A stretch of 64,000 nucleotides of DNA from the human T2T-CHM13v2.0 reference genome, Homo sapiens. The stretch's first letter is position 1. Each line of letters starts with the position of its first letter. The DNA lies in assembly GCF_009914755.1 (NCBI RefSeq), contig NC_060934.1. One strand, given 5' to 3'. Below, in pieces: positions 61,131-64,000 of this stretch. The notes below the pieces were generated by a model that saw only the letters and a program-made list of their open reading frames with translations, did not search any database and was not told where the DNA came from. The position numbers and the translations under genes were made by a program.

Positions 61131-62329
61131 GTAGGAGATCATAGTAATGATTATGACAGATATTATTAAGTGAGCTGTTACAGTTGTTTATCTAAATTTC
61201 TGACATAAAGGTAGGCAATGAGGAAAGTCCAGCATTCTCTAAATTCACCCCAAGGATAATCTCACATTATTGCTTTTATTTCCACCTCAATATCCTTTTG
61301 GAATACAAAGCCCAGACACAGGAATGAGGGAAGGAGATGCTGACAATTTTGCAGAATATCCCTTTAATGTAGTTCAAGTTTCAAATATGGAGAAATCGAA
61401 TAAAAAAAATTGCTATTAAAAAGATATGTGCAAAATAAAGACAACTATTTTGAATGCACCATAATAAGCGTTCTGTACTTGAACTAAAAATATACTAAAG
61501 TGGGAAGTCTAAGCCACTAGTCAGCTGCTCGGGTGTCGATTATTATAAATACTGTAATGTGATTCCCAAATGATGTAGCTGAATTCACAGTATGGGCATA
61601 GGAAGCAATACTAAGATGGTAGGGCAAATGCTGTGTCTAGGATTTTATTACATAAAAGCAGACTCAAATTAGCAGCACTTATGAAATTACCATTATTCAT
61701 TTTAAGATAGTCCTTTGCTTTCACGCCTATCTCGCCTTTTTTTAACATTGGTCAAAAGGAAATAGTAAGTTCTCAACCTGAATGAAACAAATATTAGTAT
61801 TTACTTTAACTATTGTATCATTCTGAAATTGACCCAATTTTGTTAAAGATAATGTTTACTGTAGAGTTCTATTTTTTGTTTTTTGTTTGCCTATCCAGTT
61901 TCACTACATATTATTTAACAGGATGTGGAAGTTAACCTAATACATTGAGGTTTATATGTTTGTTTTTTCCAGTAATCATGAATAGGTACTACATTATATT
62001 AAATGTGTTTTCTGATCCTATTAAAAAGGTAAAATAGTTTTTCTCTATTAATAGTTAATTAAAAATATTTTCAAATGTTAAATTTTCGTTGCATTTCTTT
62101 CTTTTTATTTTCTTGGATTTAATTTCTTAATTTTTATTTGTTTGGGCCTTTGCATTTAGAGACATGAATAAAATGAGCATGTAATTTTCCTCTCAAAAAA
62201 TAAGAAAAAATTAAAATGTTCCTTGCATACTAAAGTATAAACAAAAATGAAATAAATGAAATTGAAAAATAAAATGTTCCTTAGGATTTTCTTAGAAAAA
62301 AAATCTTCCTACAAAATCAACAAACCTTA

Positions 62330-64000
<1,671 letters not shown>

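Overview
Primate (most likely human, 10q23.33) genomic DNA, dense in L1/Alu/LTR repeats. The only intact gene is ACSM6 (C10orf129, medium-chain acyl-CoA synthetase family) on the + strand. It has a probable non-coding exon 1 (~35360-35432) and eight coding exons (35615-61130) that splice in phase into 400 codons; the gene runs off the right edge. Upstream, on the opposite strand, lie three decayed ACSM exons (17574-17657, 14196-14315, 12631-12706). These encode the C-terminal portion (YRIGP.../VVKAF.../VEFV..PKT.TGK) that the ~480-aa ACSM6 protein lacks, as I recall its sequence. They are followed by an NPIPB-like signal-peptide exon (9502-9589). This layout is what a single inversion splitting an ancestral full-length ACSM gene would leave, and the orphaned 3' piece looks like a sister or donor of the 5' exons used by the chr16 NPIP (LCR16a) family. 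A second, highly diverged, inverted copy of the signal-peptide exon with both splice sites intact (26233-26320, +) sits just downstream of a CpG-rich PAWR pseudogene and is in phase with ACSM6 exons 2 and 3. Other items: a MER34-type ERV with a duplicated LTR/tRNA-Leu PBS junction near the inferred breakpoint, apparent gene conversion among clustered L1s, a solo LTR5A, and a long GAA/purine tract in ACSM6 intron 2. Gene and repeat family names come from my recall of reference sequences, not from a database search.
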